From assembly GCA_038250865.1 (NCBI GenBank), contig JBBSBW010000006.1:26424-90423 (forward strand): a stretch of 64,000 nucleotides of DNA, in the 5' to 3' direction. Position numbers and translations under genes: made by a program. Within the stretch, counting starts at the first letter, position 1. Each line of letters starts with the position of its first letter. The notes beneath the pieces are model-generated. The model did not search any database and was not told the DNA's origin. It worked only from the letters and a program-made list of their open reading frames with translations. Source of the stretch: Thermoanaerobaculia bacterium. Lineage in GTDB: Bacteria; Acidobacteriota; Thermoanaerobaculia; Multivoradales; UBA5704. Shown piece after piece: positions 1 to 9,923 of this stretch.

Positions 1-572
1 GTCAGCGCCTGGCCGTCGCGATCCCGGGCGATCGTCCGCATCCACCCCATGCCGAGCGTCTGGCCCCAGAAGGCGAGCGGGATCACGGTGTAGAGAAAAG
101 AAAACGACGCCAGAAACAACCCGAAGGGTGCGGCGTGGGAGAGCGCCGGATGGATGCCCAGCGCCCGGACGCCGATCAGCGCCACGACCAGCACCGCGGC
201 GTGGACCACCAGGTCCGCGGCCCCGGCAATCCAGCGCTCCCTTCCCGAGGGGAAGACCGAGGAGACCGACGCCGTAAGCGGCTCCTCTTCCTCGTCCTCT
301 TCGGGTGAAAAGCCAGCCGCTCGCGGCGACGGGACCGCCCGGGGGTAGCTCTGCGCCTCGGAGGGAGTTTCGAACGGCAAGAGGTCGCTCGCAGCCGGCC
401 GGGGTGCTCTGCCGGAGGATCCGGTCGAAGCTGCTCCCGCGGCGCGCGGCTTTGGTGGCGGTTGCGGTTGCAGTTCCAGCTCAGGCTCCTCCTCGTCGGG
501 CAGGCCGAGAGGAAGGTCGAAGAGGACAGGCTCGTCCGGCGGAAGTCTAGAGCCTCGACCGGAGCGCGCCAT
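1..572 (-). CDS. RDD family membrane protein (partial; C-terminus lies beyond the window start)
   Basis: Reverse-strand translation from ATG (complement of 570-572) gives MARSGRGSRLPPDEP..., an acidic Pro-rich linker and then hydrophobic segments ending ...GQTLGMGWMRTIARDRDGQAL, typical of the RDD domain. It is not in the ORF track because it is cut by the window edge. Its start overlaps the upstream TPR gene stop (TGATG). Confidence 0.5.
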   Translation of the reverse strand, partial: MARSGRGSRLPPDEPVLFDLPLGLPDEEEPELELQPQPPPKPRAAGAASTGSSGRAPRPAASDLLPFETPSEAQSYPRAVPSPRAAGFSPEEDEEEEPLTASVSSVFPSGRERWIAGAADLVVHAAVLVVALIGVRALGIHPALSHAAPFGLFLASFSFLYTVIPLAFWGQTLGMGWMRTIARDRDGQAL

Positions 573-2617
573 CAGCGGAACCTGAGGTATTTGACGTAAA
601 TTTTGTACAGCAGGTCGATATCGCGGGCCTGGTAGGTCTGGGCGAACTGGAGGTTGCGATCGAGTTCCGCGTCGCCGTGGGTCAGCTCGCCGGCCTCGCG
701 AAATTGTTCGACCGCTTTGACGGGATTCGACCGCTGCAGCTCGCGAATCCCTAAGTTGTAGTAGCTGTCGACCAGCAGTCGATCGGCATCTGGGCCGGGT
801 GAATTCTTGCGCAGCTGCCAGAGCTGCGGCAGGACAATGTCCCACTCGTGGTCCCGAAACAGTTGGAGCTGCGAGGCGATCGGCACCAGCTGGCGCCTGG
901 CGTCCTCGAACAACTCGGCGTCCGTGCCTTCGAGCGCGGCGATGTCCGCTGCCTGTTTGAAGCGCTCGGCGGCCAGCAGATAGGCCCGCGAGGTATACGC
1001 CTCTCGCGCGGCGCCAAGCGCTTGGTCGCGGACGGCAGCCTGCTCGGGGCTGGGACCCGCCGGCTCGGCCGGTACCGTGGGCGCCTCCCAGGTCTTGATC
1101 AACTCGCGCGCCTTGGCGTACAGCGGATCGCTCGGAGGAATCCGTTTCAACTGAGCGACCGCGATGGCCGTGTTGCCCTGTTCCTGGAGCTTCTTCGCCC
1201 GGGCGATCGAGTCGGCGGACGACGATTGGACCGGCCCTTCGCTGTCCGAATTCGGGAACCAGCTGTCCCAGTTCTGAAACAGCAGCCAACCCGCGACCAG
1301 CGCCAGAACCAACACTCCGGCCCCGACCAGCATGAAGGTCCGCTTCGCTTTGGCGGGAGCGGCCGCCGGGGTGGCCGTCGCCGCGACGACTTTCTCTTTT
1401 CGTTCCCTACGCGGCTGGGCCAAGGCGCCTTCGGGCGGCACGAGGATCTCTTCCTTGAGATCGGCGGTGGCCGGGCTGTCGTAGCCGGAAGGGAGCGGCT
1501 CAAGCATCTCGCCGCTTCGAAGCGCGGGGCTTGCCGCCGGAGCCTGTCCGGCGTCCAGCAACTGCAACTGCTCGCGCGCCGCAAGGTGCGTCGGCTGAAG
1601 CTCCAGCACCCGCTCGAATGCCTTGCGCGCCGCGCCGAGATTGCCCGCCTCGGCCGCCGAGAGGCCGTCGTGGAAGATCTCCTCGACCTGGCGTTCGCTT
1701 TCGGCCTTGAGCCGGCGAGCCCGCTCGATCCGCCGCGCGGCTTCGTCGTGGTCGATGTCGATCAGGAAGATCCGCGACCAGGAGTCGATCGCCGCCTGCG
1801 GGTCGCCCCGCTCGAATGCGGCATCGCCCTCGGCGAGTAGCTGGGCGATGCGGCGGTCGCTCTCGGAGGCATAGGTCTGCACCGTGGGTGCCGCCGGCTT
1901 CGCTTCGAGCGACGGCATGGCGACAGGAGGGGCGGCGGATTCCAGGTTGAAGAACGACGCTTCGTTGGCGTTCGCCCCTCCCCCCGAGGGCCGGGCCTGC
2001 ATCGAGCGGACGATCTCGCCGATTGCCGGATGGTCGGGGTCGAGCGAGCGAGCCTTGTCCAGGCTACGCTCCGCCTCGGCGGTCTGACCCACGGCGAGAG
2101 CCGCGCGGGCGGCGACCAGAAATTTCTCGACGTAGGGGGCCGATTCGAGCTTTTCCTGCGCGCTCATGGCGAGCTGGCCCAAGCTGGGGTCCTTGGCGAG
2201 CGCGGCGCTCTCTTGATGGGCGCGGGCGACTAGCTCGGCGTACCGGCGCTCGGCGAACAGCTGCTCCAGCTCGTCGCGCAGCCCCCCTTGGCCGTCGACG
2301 AGATCGGCGAGACCGCTCACCGCCTCGAATTCATCCAGATGAGGCAGGAAACCGAGGTCGTCTTCGGCGGCGGAGCCCGTGCCCCCCGGCATCAGGTCCG
2401 CGAGCGCCTCGTGCGAGAGGGCGCCGGAGCTGGCGTTGATTCGCTCCTGAAGGCGCCGCGCCGGTTCGAAATGCGAATCCATGCGCAGGACGAAATCGCA
2501 ACCGAGCAGGGCTTCCTGCCGGTTGCCGGCGATCGCCAGGTCGAGAGTCTGCTCAAACGTCGCGACGATTCGTTGCTGCACGTCGCTGCCGAGCGCTGGG
2601 TTGCCGGGATAGTTCAT
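572..2617 (-). CDS. Tetratricopeptide-repeat protein with a single central TM helix
   Basis: 681-aa ORF with repeated TPR-like helical motifs (AxxLG/AxxxY patterns) on both sides of the hydrophobic segment FMLVGAGVLVLALVAGWLLF. Antisense ORFs in this interval are treated as shadows. Confidence 0.6.
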   Translation of the reverse strand: MNYPGNPALGSDVQQRIVATFEQTLDLAIAGNRQEALLGCDFVLRMDSHFEPARRLQERINASSGALSHEALADLMPGGTGSAAEDDLGFLPHLDEFEAVSGLADLVDGQGGLRDELEQLFAERRYAELVARAHQESAALAKDPSLGQLAMSAQEKLESAPYVEKFLVAARAALAVGQTAEAERSLDKARSLDPDHPAIGEIVRSMQARPSGGGANANEASFFNLESAAPPVAMPSLEAKPAAPTVQTYASESDRRIAQLLAEGDAAFERGDPQAAIDSWSRIFLIDIDHDEAARRIERARRLKAESERQVEEIFHDGLSAAEAGNLGAARKAFERVLELQPTHLAAREQLQLLDAGQAPAASPALRSGEMLEPLPSGYDSPATADLKEEILVPPEGALAQPRRERKEKVVAATATPAAAPAKAKRTFMLVGAGVLVLALVAGWLLFQNWDSWFPNSDSEGPVQSSSADSIARAKKLQEQGNTAIAVAQLKRIPPSDPLYAKARELIKTWEAPTVPAEPAGPSPEQAAVRDQALGAAREAYTSRAYLLAAERFKQAADIAALEGTDAELFEDARRQLVPIASQLQLFRDHEWDIVLPQLWQLRKNSPGPDADRLLVDSYYNLGIRELQRSNPVKAVEQFREAGELTHGDAELDRNLQFAQTYQARDIDLLYKIYVKYLRFR

Positions 2618-2776
2618 CTCGTTGGCGGAGGCACCTTGTTGAGCCGCAGAATCGGAAGCCTGCGGCTATCGTACCAAAGCGGGAGGGGCGGGCCAAGGAG
2701 GGCGCCGAGCGGGCGGAACACCGTTGGGGAGGCAAACGAGTCTCGCGACCCGCCGGTGGCACTCTCGCGGGGGAAA

Positions 2777-2827
2777 TTGACAGCGAGTAAGGCGTCGAGG
2801 TAAATTTACCCCGGTGAGTAAATTTAC
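2777..2827 (+). promoter_or_regulatory. Putative sigma70-type promoter with two copies of the 10-bp perfect palindrome GTAAATTTAC
   Basis: TTGACA (2777-2782), 18-bp spacer, TAAATT (2801-2806). GTAAATTTAC at 2800-2809 and 2818-2827 is an AT-rich island in a GC-rich background, about 20-45 bp upstream of the ATPase gene start. Confidence 0.35.
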
Positions 2828-2845
2828 GACAAGGGCTAACGCGTC

Positions 2846-4075
2846 ATGAAAACGGCAACGCCAGCTACTCTCCCCTCCAACCCCTTCCGGCCGGGAGCCG
2901 GTCACATGCCACCCTACCTGGCGGGAAGAGAGTCGGAGCAGCATGAGTTCTCTCGACTCTTGGAGCAGTCGACGATCCTGACGAACCTGCTCTTGACCGG
3001 CTTGCGGGGCGTCGGTAAGACGGTGCTCCTTGAGACCTTCAAACCCATTGCCATCAAGGCAGGCTGGCTTTGGGTCGGAACCGACCTTTCCGAATCCACC
3101 ACCGTCAGCGAGGGCAGCTTGGCCACGCGGTTGCTGGCCGATCTCGCGGTGGTCACGTCGTCTTTGCCTGCCGACCTACCGGAGCTGAGGTCGATCGGCT
3201 TCGGCGGCGTTCCGTCCCACCTCGACTTCGGCGTCCTTTCCCAGATTTTTTCGGGAACTCCTGGCTTGGTTGCCGACAAACTGAAAGCCGTGCTCGAAGT
3301 CGTCTGGCGGCACGTTCAAAAGCAGGGTCGCAAGGGAGTGATCTTTGCCTATGACGAGGCACAGAATCTCTCCGACCACGCCACGAAGGAGCAGTTCCCT
3401 CTCTCCGTCATGCTTGACGTCTTTCAGTCGATTCAGCGTAAGGACGTGCCGTTCATGCTCGCCCTTACGGGCCTGCCGACACTCTTCCCCAAGCTCGTCG
3501 AAGCGCGCACCTATTCAGAACGCATGTTTCGCATCATTTTTCTCGATCGCCTGAGCCGCGCCGCGAGCCGCGAAGCGATCGAAAAGCCGCTCCAGGGTCG
3601 CTCTCTTCAGATCGGCGATTCGTCCGGCGAGACGATCGTCGAGGTTTCTGGAGGGTATCCCTACTTTCTTCAGTTTATCTGTCGAGAGTTTTTCGACGTC
3701 GTACTCCAACAGCTCAACGAAGGCCGCGAGGCGACCGTGCCCGTCGAGAGCATCCTGGGGAAGCTGGACTCCGATTTTTTCGCCGGGCGTTGGGCAAAGG
3801 CCACGGATCGACAGCGCGACCTGCTCGGCGTCGCCGCGACGCTCGAACATGCCGACTCTGAATTTACCGTTCAGGAGCTGGTGGAAGCGACCAAGGCGCG
3901 CTTGGACAAACCGTTCAGCAGTAGCCATGTCAATCAGATGCTCGCCTCGTTGTGCGAAGCAGGTCTGGTCTACAAGAATCGGCACGGGAAGTACTCTTTC
4001 GCGGTTCCTTTGCTCGGGCGTTTCATCGTCAGGCAGCAGCGCGCTCAGACATGGCGCGATCGGGAGCTGGTGTAA
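2846..4075 (+). CDS. AAA+ ATPase with winged-helix C-terminal region (archaeal-ATPase / ORC-Cdc6-like family)
   Basis: N-terminal NPFRPGAG...YLAGRESE motif, Walker A LTGLRGVGKT, Walker B-like VIFAYDEAQ, and a C-terminal helical region of about 150 aa. It is a stand-alone gene between the TPR and ABC genes. Confidence 0.65.
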   Translation: MKTATPATLPSNPFRPGAGHMPPYLAGRESEQHEFSRLLEQSTILTNLLLTGLRGVGKTVLLETFKPIAIKAGWLWVGTDLSESTTVSEGSLATRLLADLAVVTSSLPADLPELRSIGFGGVPSHLDFGVLSQIFSGTPGLVADKLKAVLEVVWRHVQKQGRKGVIFAYDEAQNLSDHATKEQFPLSVMLDVFQSIQRKDVPFMLALTGLPTLFPKLVEARTYSERMFRIIFLDRLSRAASREAIEKPLQGRSLQIGDSSGETIVEVSGGYPYFLQFICREFFDVVLQQLNEGREATVPVESILGKLDSDFFAGRWAKATDRQRDLLGVAATLEHADSEFTVQELVEATKARLDKPFSSSHVNQMLASLCEAGLVYKNRHGKYSFAVPLLGRFIVRQQRAQTWRDRELV

Positions 4076-4105
4076 CCCGATTCGGGCGGCGACGACCGAC
4101 CGCGA

Positions 4106-6055
4106 TCAAATCGCGACCTCTTGGGCGATCGACGGCAGCCCCGGCCGCCCCCAGGGGGCCTTCTCCTGGGCCTGGTACTGAAGGCGGTAAAGGCGGTGGT
4201 AGATGCCGCGGGCGGCGAGCAGCTCCTGATGGGTGCCCTGCTCGCGTAGCTCCCCTTTATGCAAGACCAGGATCTTGTCCGCCCGCTGGATCGTCGACAA
4301 GCGGTGGGCGATCACCAGGCTGGTCCGGCCGACCAACAGCCGTTCGAGCGCCGCCTGGATCAATTGTTCCGTCTCGGTGTCGATCGACGAAGTCGCCTCG
4401 TCGAGGATCAGGACCCGCGGGTCGAACGCGAGCGCCCGGGCGAAGGCCACCAGCTGCTTCTGACCGACCGAAAGACCGGCGCCGCGCTCCTGCACCAGCG
4501 TGTCGAAGCCTTCGGGAAGGCGCTCGATGAATTCGAGGGCGTGAACCTCACGGGCGGCCCAACGCAGCTGCGCCTCGTCGATCGACGGCTCGCCAAGGCG
4601 GATATTGCCGCCGATCGAGCCGGAAAACAGGAAGACGTCCTGCAGCACCAGGGCGATGCTCCGGCGCAGCTCGGAGAGATCCCAATCGCGAACGTCGATG
4701 CCGTCGACTTTGACCGCGCCTTGCTGGACGTCGTAGAAGCGGAGCAACAGGTTGGCAAGCGTGCTCTTTCCCGCCCCGGTGTGACCGACCACCGCGACCG
4801 TCTGGCCGGGCTCGACCCGGAACGACACGTCGCGCAGCACCGGCTCTCCCGGTTTATACGCGAACGTGACCTGCGCCAGCTCGATCGCACCGCGCGCCAC
4901 CGAGCCCTTCCGGTTCGGTCCAGGCGCCTCGCTCGCGTCGCCCGGTCGGTAGGCCGTCTCCGGACTGGTGATCGCGACATCCGTGTCGATCAGCTCGAAG
5001 ATCCGCTCCGAGGCGGCCATCGCCCCTTGGAGGATGTTGTACTTCTCGGCCAGGTCGGAGAGCGGCTGGTAGAACCGCTGGGCGTACTGGAAGAACGCCA
5101 CCAGCGCGCCGACCGAGGCAAAGCCGGCGGTCACCCGGCCGCCGCCGTACCAGAGCAGCAGGCCGAGACCGAGCGTGCTGACCAGCTCGACGCCGGGAAA
5201 GAACACCGCGTAGTAATAGATCGAACGGACGTTCGCCTCGCGGTGCTCGTCGTTGATGGTCGAGAACTCGTCATAGGCCTTGGCCTCGCGGCCGAAGAGC
5301 TGGACCACCGACATTCCGGTGATGTGCTCCTGAAGGAACGAGTTGATCTTTGCGATCTTCACCCGAACCTCGCGGAAGCTGCGCTGCACTTTGGAGCGAA
5401 ACCAGAACGTCAGGACGAACAGGAGCGGCACGATGGCGAACGCGATCAGCGCCAATCGCCAATCGAGCCAGAACAGGACGCAGACGATGCCGGCGAGAAC
5501 CATGACGTCCCCGAACGCGGCGACCAGGCCGGAGGCGAACAGCTCGTTGAGCGCATCGACGTCGGTGGTCACTCGGGTGACCAGGCGGCCGACCGGATTG
5601 GCGTCGAAATAGGAGATCGGCAGGCGCTGAAGCTGGCGGAAGATCTGTCCCCGCAGGTCGCGCATGATGTACTGCCCCATCACCTGCATCACCCGGCCCT
5701 GCCAATAAGTGCAAACGAAGGCGAGCACGATCGAGATCAGGAAGATCGCAGCGGTGGCGGCGATCCCTTGGAGCCGCGCCGCACCAGGCTCGATCCCATA
5801 AAAGTGGAGCATGTCGCCCGCGGCCACCGCGGCGGGCGAGATCCCGCCGGCCGCGCCGGGAGGCCGGATGAACAGGTCGATCGCGATCGAGGTGGCGAGC
5901 GGGCCGATCAGCTGGAGCAGAGAGCCGCCGAGGATCAGCGCCAACGCGGCGGCCGTCATGCCCCGATACGGCCGGACATAGCCAAGCAGCCGGCGCATCA
6001 GCCGGGAGTCGTACGACTTTTCGATCGCCTCTTCGGCGTGCGGATCGGCGGCCAT
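4106..6055 (-). CDS. ABC transporter permease/ATP-binding fusion (MsbA-like exporter)
   Basis: N-terminal 6-TM domain (SYDSRLMRRLLGYVRPYR...), Walker A GHTGAGKST, ABC signature LSVGQKQLVAFARAL, Walker B LILDEATSSID. Confidence 0.9.
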   Translation of the reverse strand: MAADPHAEEAIEKSYDSRLMRRLLGYVRPYRGMTAAALALILGGSLLQLIGPLATSIAIDLFIRPPGAAGGISPAAVAAGDMLHFYGIEPGAARLQGIAATAAIFLISIVLAFVCTYWQGRVMQVMGQYIMRDLRGQIFRQLQRLPISYFDANPVGRLVTRVTTDVDALNELFASGLVAAFGDVMVLAGIVCVLFWLDWRLALIAFAIVPLLFVLTFWFRSKVQRSFREVRVKIAKINSFLQEHITGMSVVQLFGREAKAYDEFSTINDEHREANVRSIYYYAVFFPGVELVSTLGLGLLLWYGGGRVTAGFASVGALVAFFQYAQRFYQPLSDLAEKYNILQGAMAASERIFELIDTDVAITSPETAYRPGDASEAPGPNRKGSVARGAIELAQVTFAYKPGEPVLRDVSFRVEPGQTVAVVGHTGAGKSTLANLLLRFYDVQQGAVKVDGIDVRDWDLSELRRSIALVLQDVFLFSGSIGGNIRLGEPSIDEAQLRWAAREVHALEFIERLPEGFDTLVQERGAGLSVGQKQLVAFARALAFDPRVLILDEATSSIDTETEQLIQAALERLLVGRTSLVIAHRLSTIQRADKILVLHKGELREQGTHQELLAARGIYHRLYRLQYQAQEKAPWGRPGLPSIAQEVAI

Positions 6056-6415
6056 CGACGGGGAAAGATACTAGAGGAAAGGCCCTGGCGAATCGGGCGC
6101 CAGAGAAAATCGGCTGAGCCACGGAGGGTTTTGACTTTTCGCGTACTCTTTAAGTTTCCTACCCGCCAAGCTGGGCGAGCCCCGCCCCAACGCACGTTGG
6201 ATCACCGACTGGGCTCGGTGTAGGGGTGCGCACGGCTTCATCGAGCAGGTGTGGAATCTGCGCGGCTGGAGCGGCAGTGCCGACTTGCCTCAATCCGTGA
6301 ACCTTTCGAACTCTTTCGATGAAGAACGTGGCGGCGGTTTTGCACAGGAGGGCTGGTGGGCAGGTTCAAACCTACCAGCCCACGCAACACTCACCCGTGA
6401 AAAAAGGAGCACTCG

Positions 6416-6892
6416 ATGAACACACTCTCGACCAGCCTCACGCTCGCCGCCGCGCTCGCCTTCGCCACCACCGGATTCGCGCAGGCGCCCGCTCCGCCCA
6501 TGCACCACCCCCAGGGAACCGCGATGAAAGACTCAAAAGAGGGCGGCATGATGGCGGAGTGTCAAGCTATGAAGGCCAAGCACCACGAGATGATGGAAAA
6601 GCAGATGGCCATGGACGCCACCCTGGACAAGCTCGTCGCGGCGATGAACACCGCCGCGGGCGACAAGAAGGCCGACGCGATGGAGAAGCCGATGGCTGCG
6701 GTCCTCAACGAAATGGTCGCCCAACGCAAAGCTATGCACTCCATGATGATGGAGATGGAACCCGAAATGATGGCTCACATGATGCGCCACATGGAGATGC
6801 AAGGTGAAAACGGTGGGATGAAAGGAATGTCCGACTGCCCGATGATGAAGATGGACGCTCCGGCAGAACCGTCGAAGCCCGGCATGCATTGA
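6416..6892 (+). CDS. Secreted Met/His-rich protein (putative periplasmic Cu/metal-binding protein)
   Basis: RBS AAAAGGAG upstream, signal peptide MNTLSTSLTLAAALAFATTGFAQA, and a mature part with roughly 25% Met plus multiple His (MxxM, MMxxM, HHEMMEKQM motifs). Confidence 0.6.
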   Translation: MNTLSTSLTLAAALAFATTGFAQAPAPPMHHPQGTAMKDSKEGGMMAECQAMKAKHHEMMEKQMAMDATLDKLVAAMNTAAGDKKADAMEKPMAAVLNEMVAQRKAMHSMMMEMEPEMMAHMMRHMEMQGENGGMKGMSDCPMMKMDAPAEPSKPGMH

Positions 6893-6945
6893 GGGTTTGC
6901 CGGGCGGACGGCTAACCGCGGCTGGCGCCGCTAGGGAGTCCGCAA

Positions 6946-7064
6946 TGATGCACGATGGAGGCTGGTTCGGAATGGGTGGGATGGGTTACTCCTTGTGGAT
7001 TCCCATCCTGGTTGCGGTGGTTGTGATCCTTGCCTGGAGGTTCGGCAGGGCGCGCCCGCGCTGA
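6946..7064 (+). CDS. Small membrane protein (39 aa), not in the ORF track
   Basis: GGGAG RBS 6 nt upstream of ATG. Encodes MMHDGGWFGMGGMGYSLWIPILVAVVVILAWRFGRARPR, a Gly/Met/Trp-rich N-terminus followed by one TM helix and a basic tail. It sits immediately downstream of the Met-rich protein. Confidence 0.4.
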
Positions 7065-7401
7065 GCCGTCGCGGACTCTTGATGCACACCCGGCCCCTGC
7101 GCGGAGTCGTCGTGGTGTTTCGGTTCGTGCGGCATTTCGTTCTCCTATCCGACAGGTTTGCGAGGATCACCGGCCATTCTTGCCGAGAATTAGGAGGAGC
7201 ACGTGCGGGATGCGTGCTTCGGCCTTCGTGGGCAGGACCAGGCATCGATTCGACGAGATCATCCGCAGTCTCGATCGTCCCGCCATAGGTAGGGCTGGTC
7301 GCGACGAACCGGGGGCCGAAGGGCCGACGGGGCATCATGCGAGAATAGATTATCAGATCGAGAGCCGGGGCGCCCACGGCCCGCCCGGGGACTTATACCC
7401 T

Positions 7402-7429
7402 TTGGTCGATCTTCTGAATGGTGTAGAAT
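7402..7429 (+). promoter_or_regulatory. Candidate sigma70 promoter for pilT
   Basis: TTGGTC-16 bp-TAGAAT about 50 bp upstream of the pilT start; RBS GAAGGAG at 7463-7469. Confidence 0.3.
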
Positions 7430-7478
7430 CTGGCAGCCTTAGTCCCTTAAGTCATTGCCTCGAAGGAGTTGCGCGCAT

Positions 7479-8603
7479 ATGCCGCCGGGTTTGACCCAAC
7501 TGCTCAAGTCCATGGTCGAGCAGGGAGGCTCCGACCTCCATGTGACGACGAACTCGCCGCCCCAGATCCGGGTGGACGGCGTGCTGCGGCCGCTCAACCT
7601 GCCGCCGATGACACCGACCGAGACCAAGCAGCTCGCCTACTCGATCCTCACCGACACCCAGAAGCACCGGCTGGAAGAGAACCTGGAGATCGACTTCTCT
7701 TTCGGAATCAAGGGCTTGGCCCGTTTCCGCGCGAACGTGTTCCACCAGCGCGGCGCGATCGCCGCCGCGTTTCGCCAGATCCCGTTCGAGATCAAGACCT
7801 TTCGCGATCTCGGCCTGCCGCCGGTGGTCGAGCAGCTGTGCGAAAAGCCGCGCGGCCTTCTGCTGGTCACCGGCCCGACCGGATCGGGCAAGACGACGAC
7901 GCTCGCCTCGATGCTCGACAAGGTCAACCGTGAGCGTCACGAGCACATCGTCACCATCGAGGACCCGGTCGAGTACCTGCACAGCCACAAAAAGTGCATC
8001 GTCAACCAGCGTGAGCTGCACGCCGACACCCATAGCTTTTCCAATGCCCTGCGCTCCGCCCTGCGCCAGGATCCCGACGTCGTGCTGATCGGCGAGATGC
8101 GCGACCTCGAAACGGTCGAGGCGGCGCTGCGCATCGCCGAGACCGGCCATTTGACGTTCGCCACCCTGCACACGAACTCTGCGGCGCAGACGATCAACCG
8201 GATCATCGACATGTTCCCGGCCCACCAGCAGGGCCAGATTCGGGTGCAGCTGTCGTTCGTTCTCGAAGGCATCTTGTGCCAGTCGCTGCTGCCGAAAGCT
8301 ACGGGCAAGGGGCGGGCGATGGCGATGGAGGTGCTGGTGCCCACCGCCGCCATCAGAAACCTGATCCGTGAAGACAAGATTCATCAGATCTACGGCATGA
8401 TGCAGGCGGGCCAGGCCAAGCACGGCATGCAGACGTTCAACCAGTCCTTGGCGGCTCTCTACTTCAAGCGGCTGATCAGCCTGCAGACCGCTCTCGCCCG
8501 TTCGTCCCATGCCGACGAGCTTCAAGAGATCATCAATCGCGGCCCGGCGGCGGTTGCCCTACCCACCACGCCGACCAGGGGCGAGGCGCAGCGCACTTCG
8601 TAG
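7479..8603 (+). CDS. pilT: Type IV pilus retraction ATPase PilT
   Basis: MPPGLTQLLKSMVEQGGSDLH N-terminus, Walker A GPTGSGKTT, and PilT/PilU-family Asp/His boxes. The start is chosen at the ATG following the GAAGGAG RBS. Confidence 0.9.
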   Translation: MPPGLTQLLKSMVEQGGSDLHVTTNSPPQIRVDGVLRPLNLPPMTPTETKQLAYSILTDTQKHRLEENLEIDFSFGIKGLARFRANVFHQRGAIAAAFRQIPFEIKTFRDLGLPPVVEQLCEKPRGLLLVTGPTGSGKTTTLASMLDKVNRERHEHIVTIEDPVEYLHSHKKCIVNQRELHADTHSFSNALRSALRQDPDVVLIGEMRDLETVEAALRIAETGHLTFATLHTNSAAQTINRIIDMFPAHQQGQIRVQLSFVLEGILCQSLLPKATGKGRAMAMEVLVPTAAIRNLIREDKIHQIYGMMQAGQAKHGMQTFNQSLAALYFKRLISLQTALARSSHADELQEIINRGPAAVALPTTPTRGEAQRTS

Positions 8604-8626
8604 CGCGGAGCCCGAGGAGTCAGTCG

Positions 8627-9832
<1,206 letters not shown>

Positions 9833-9923
9833 GCCAAAGGCCGACCGAAACGCGCCCGGACGGCTGCCAGCCGCCCGGGCGCTTCGGAGACCGCCGCCGT
9901 CTCTTCGAACCCGCCAGCCACCG

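Noticed and set aside
154-550. Plus-strand ORFs 154-348 and 305-550 at the window start
   Set aside because: Opposite-strand shadows of the partial RDD-family gene (1-572, minus strand), which has a coherent TM/RDD-like sequence.
848-2439. Long plus-strand ORFs (330 aa, 138 aa) inside the TPR gene, and the similar 4259-6223 (654 aa) ORF opposite the ABC transporter
   Set aside because: Typical high-GC antisense shadow ORFs with Arg/Pro/Gly-rich low-complexity composition, opposite genes that have clear domain signatures.
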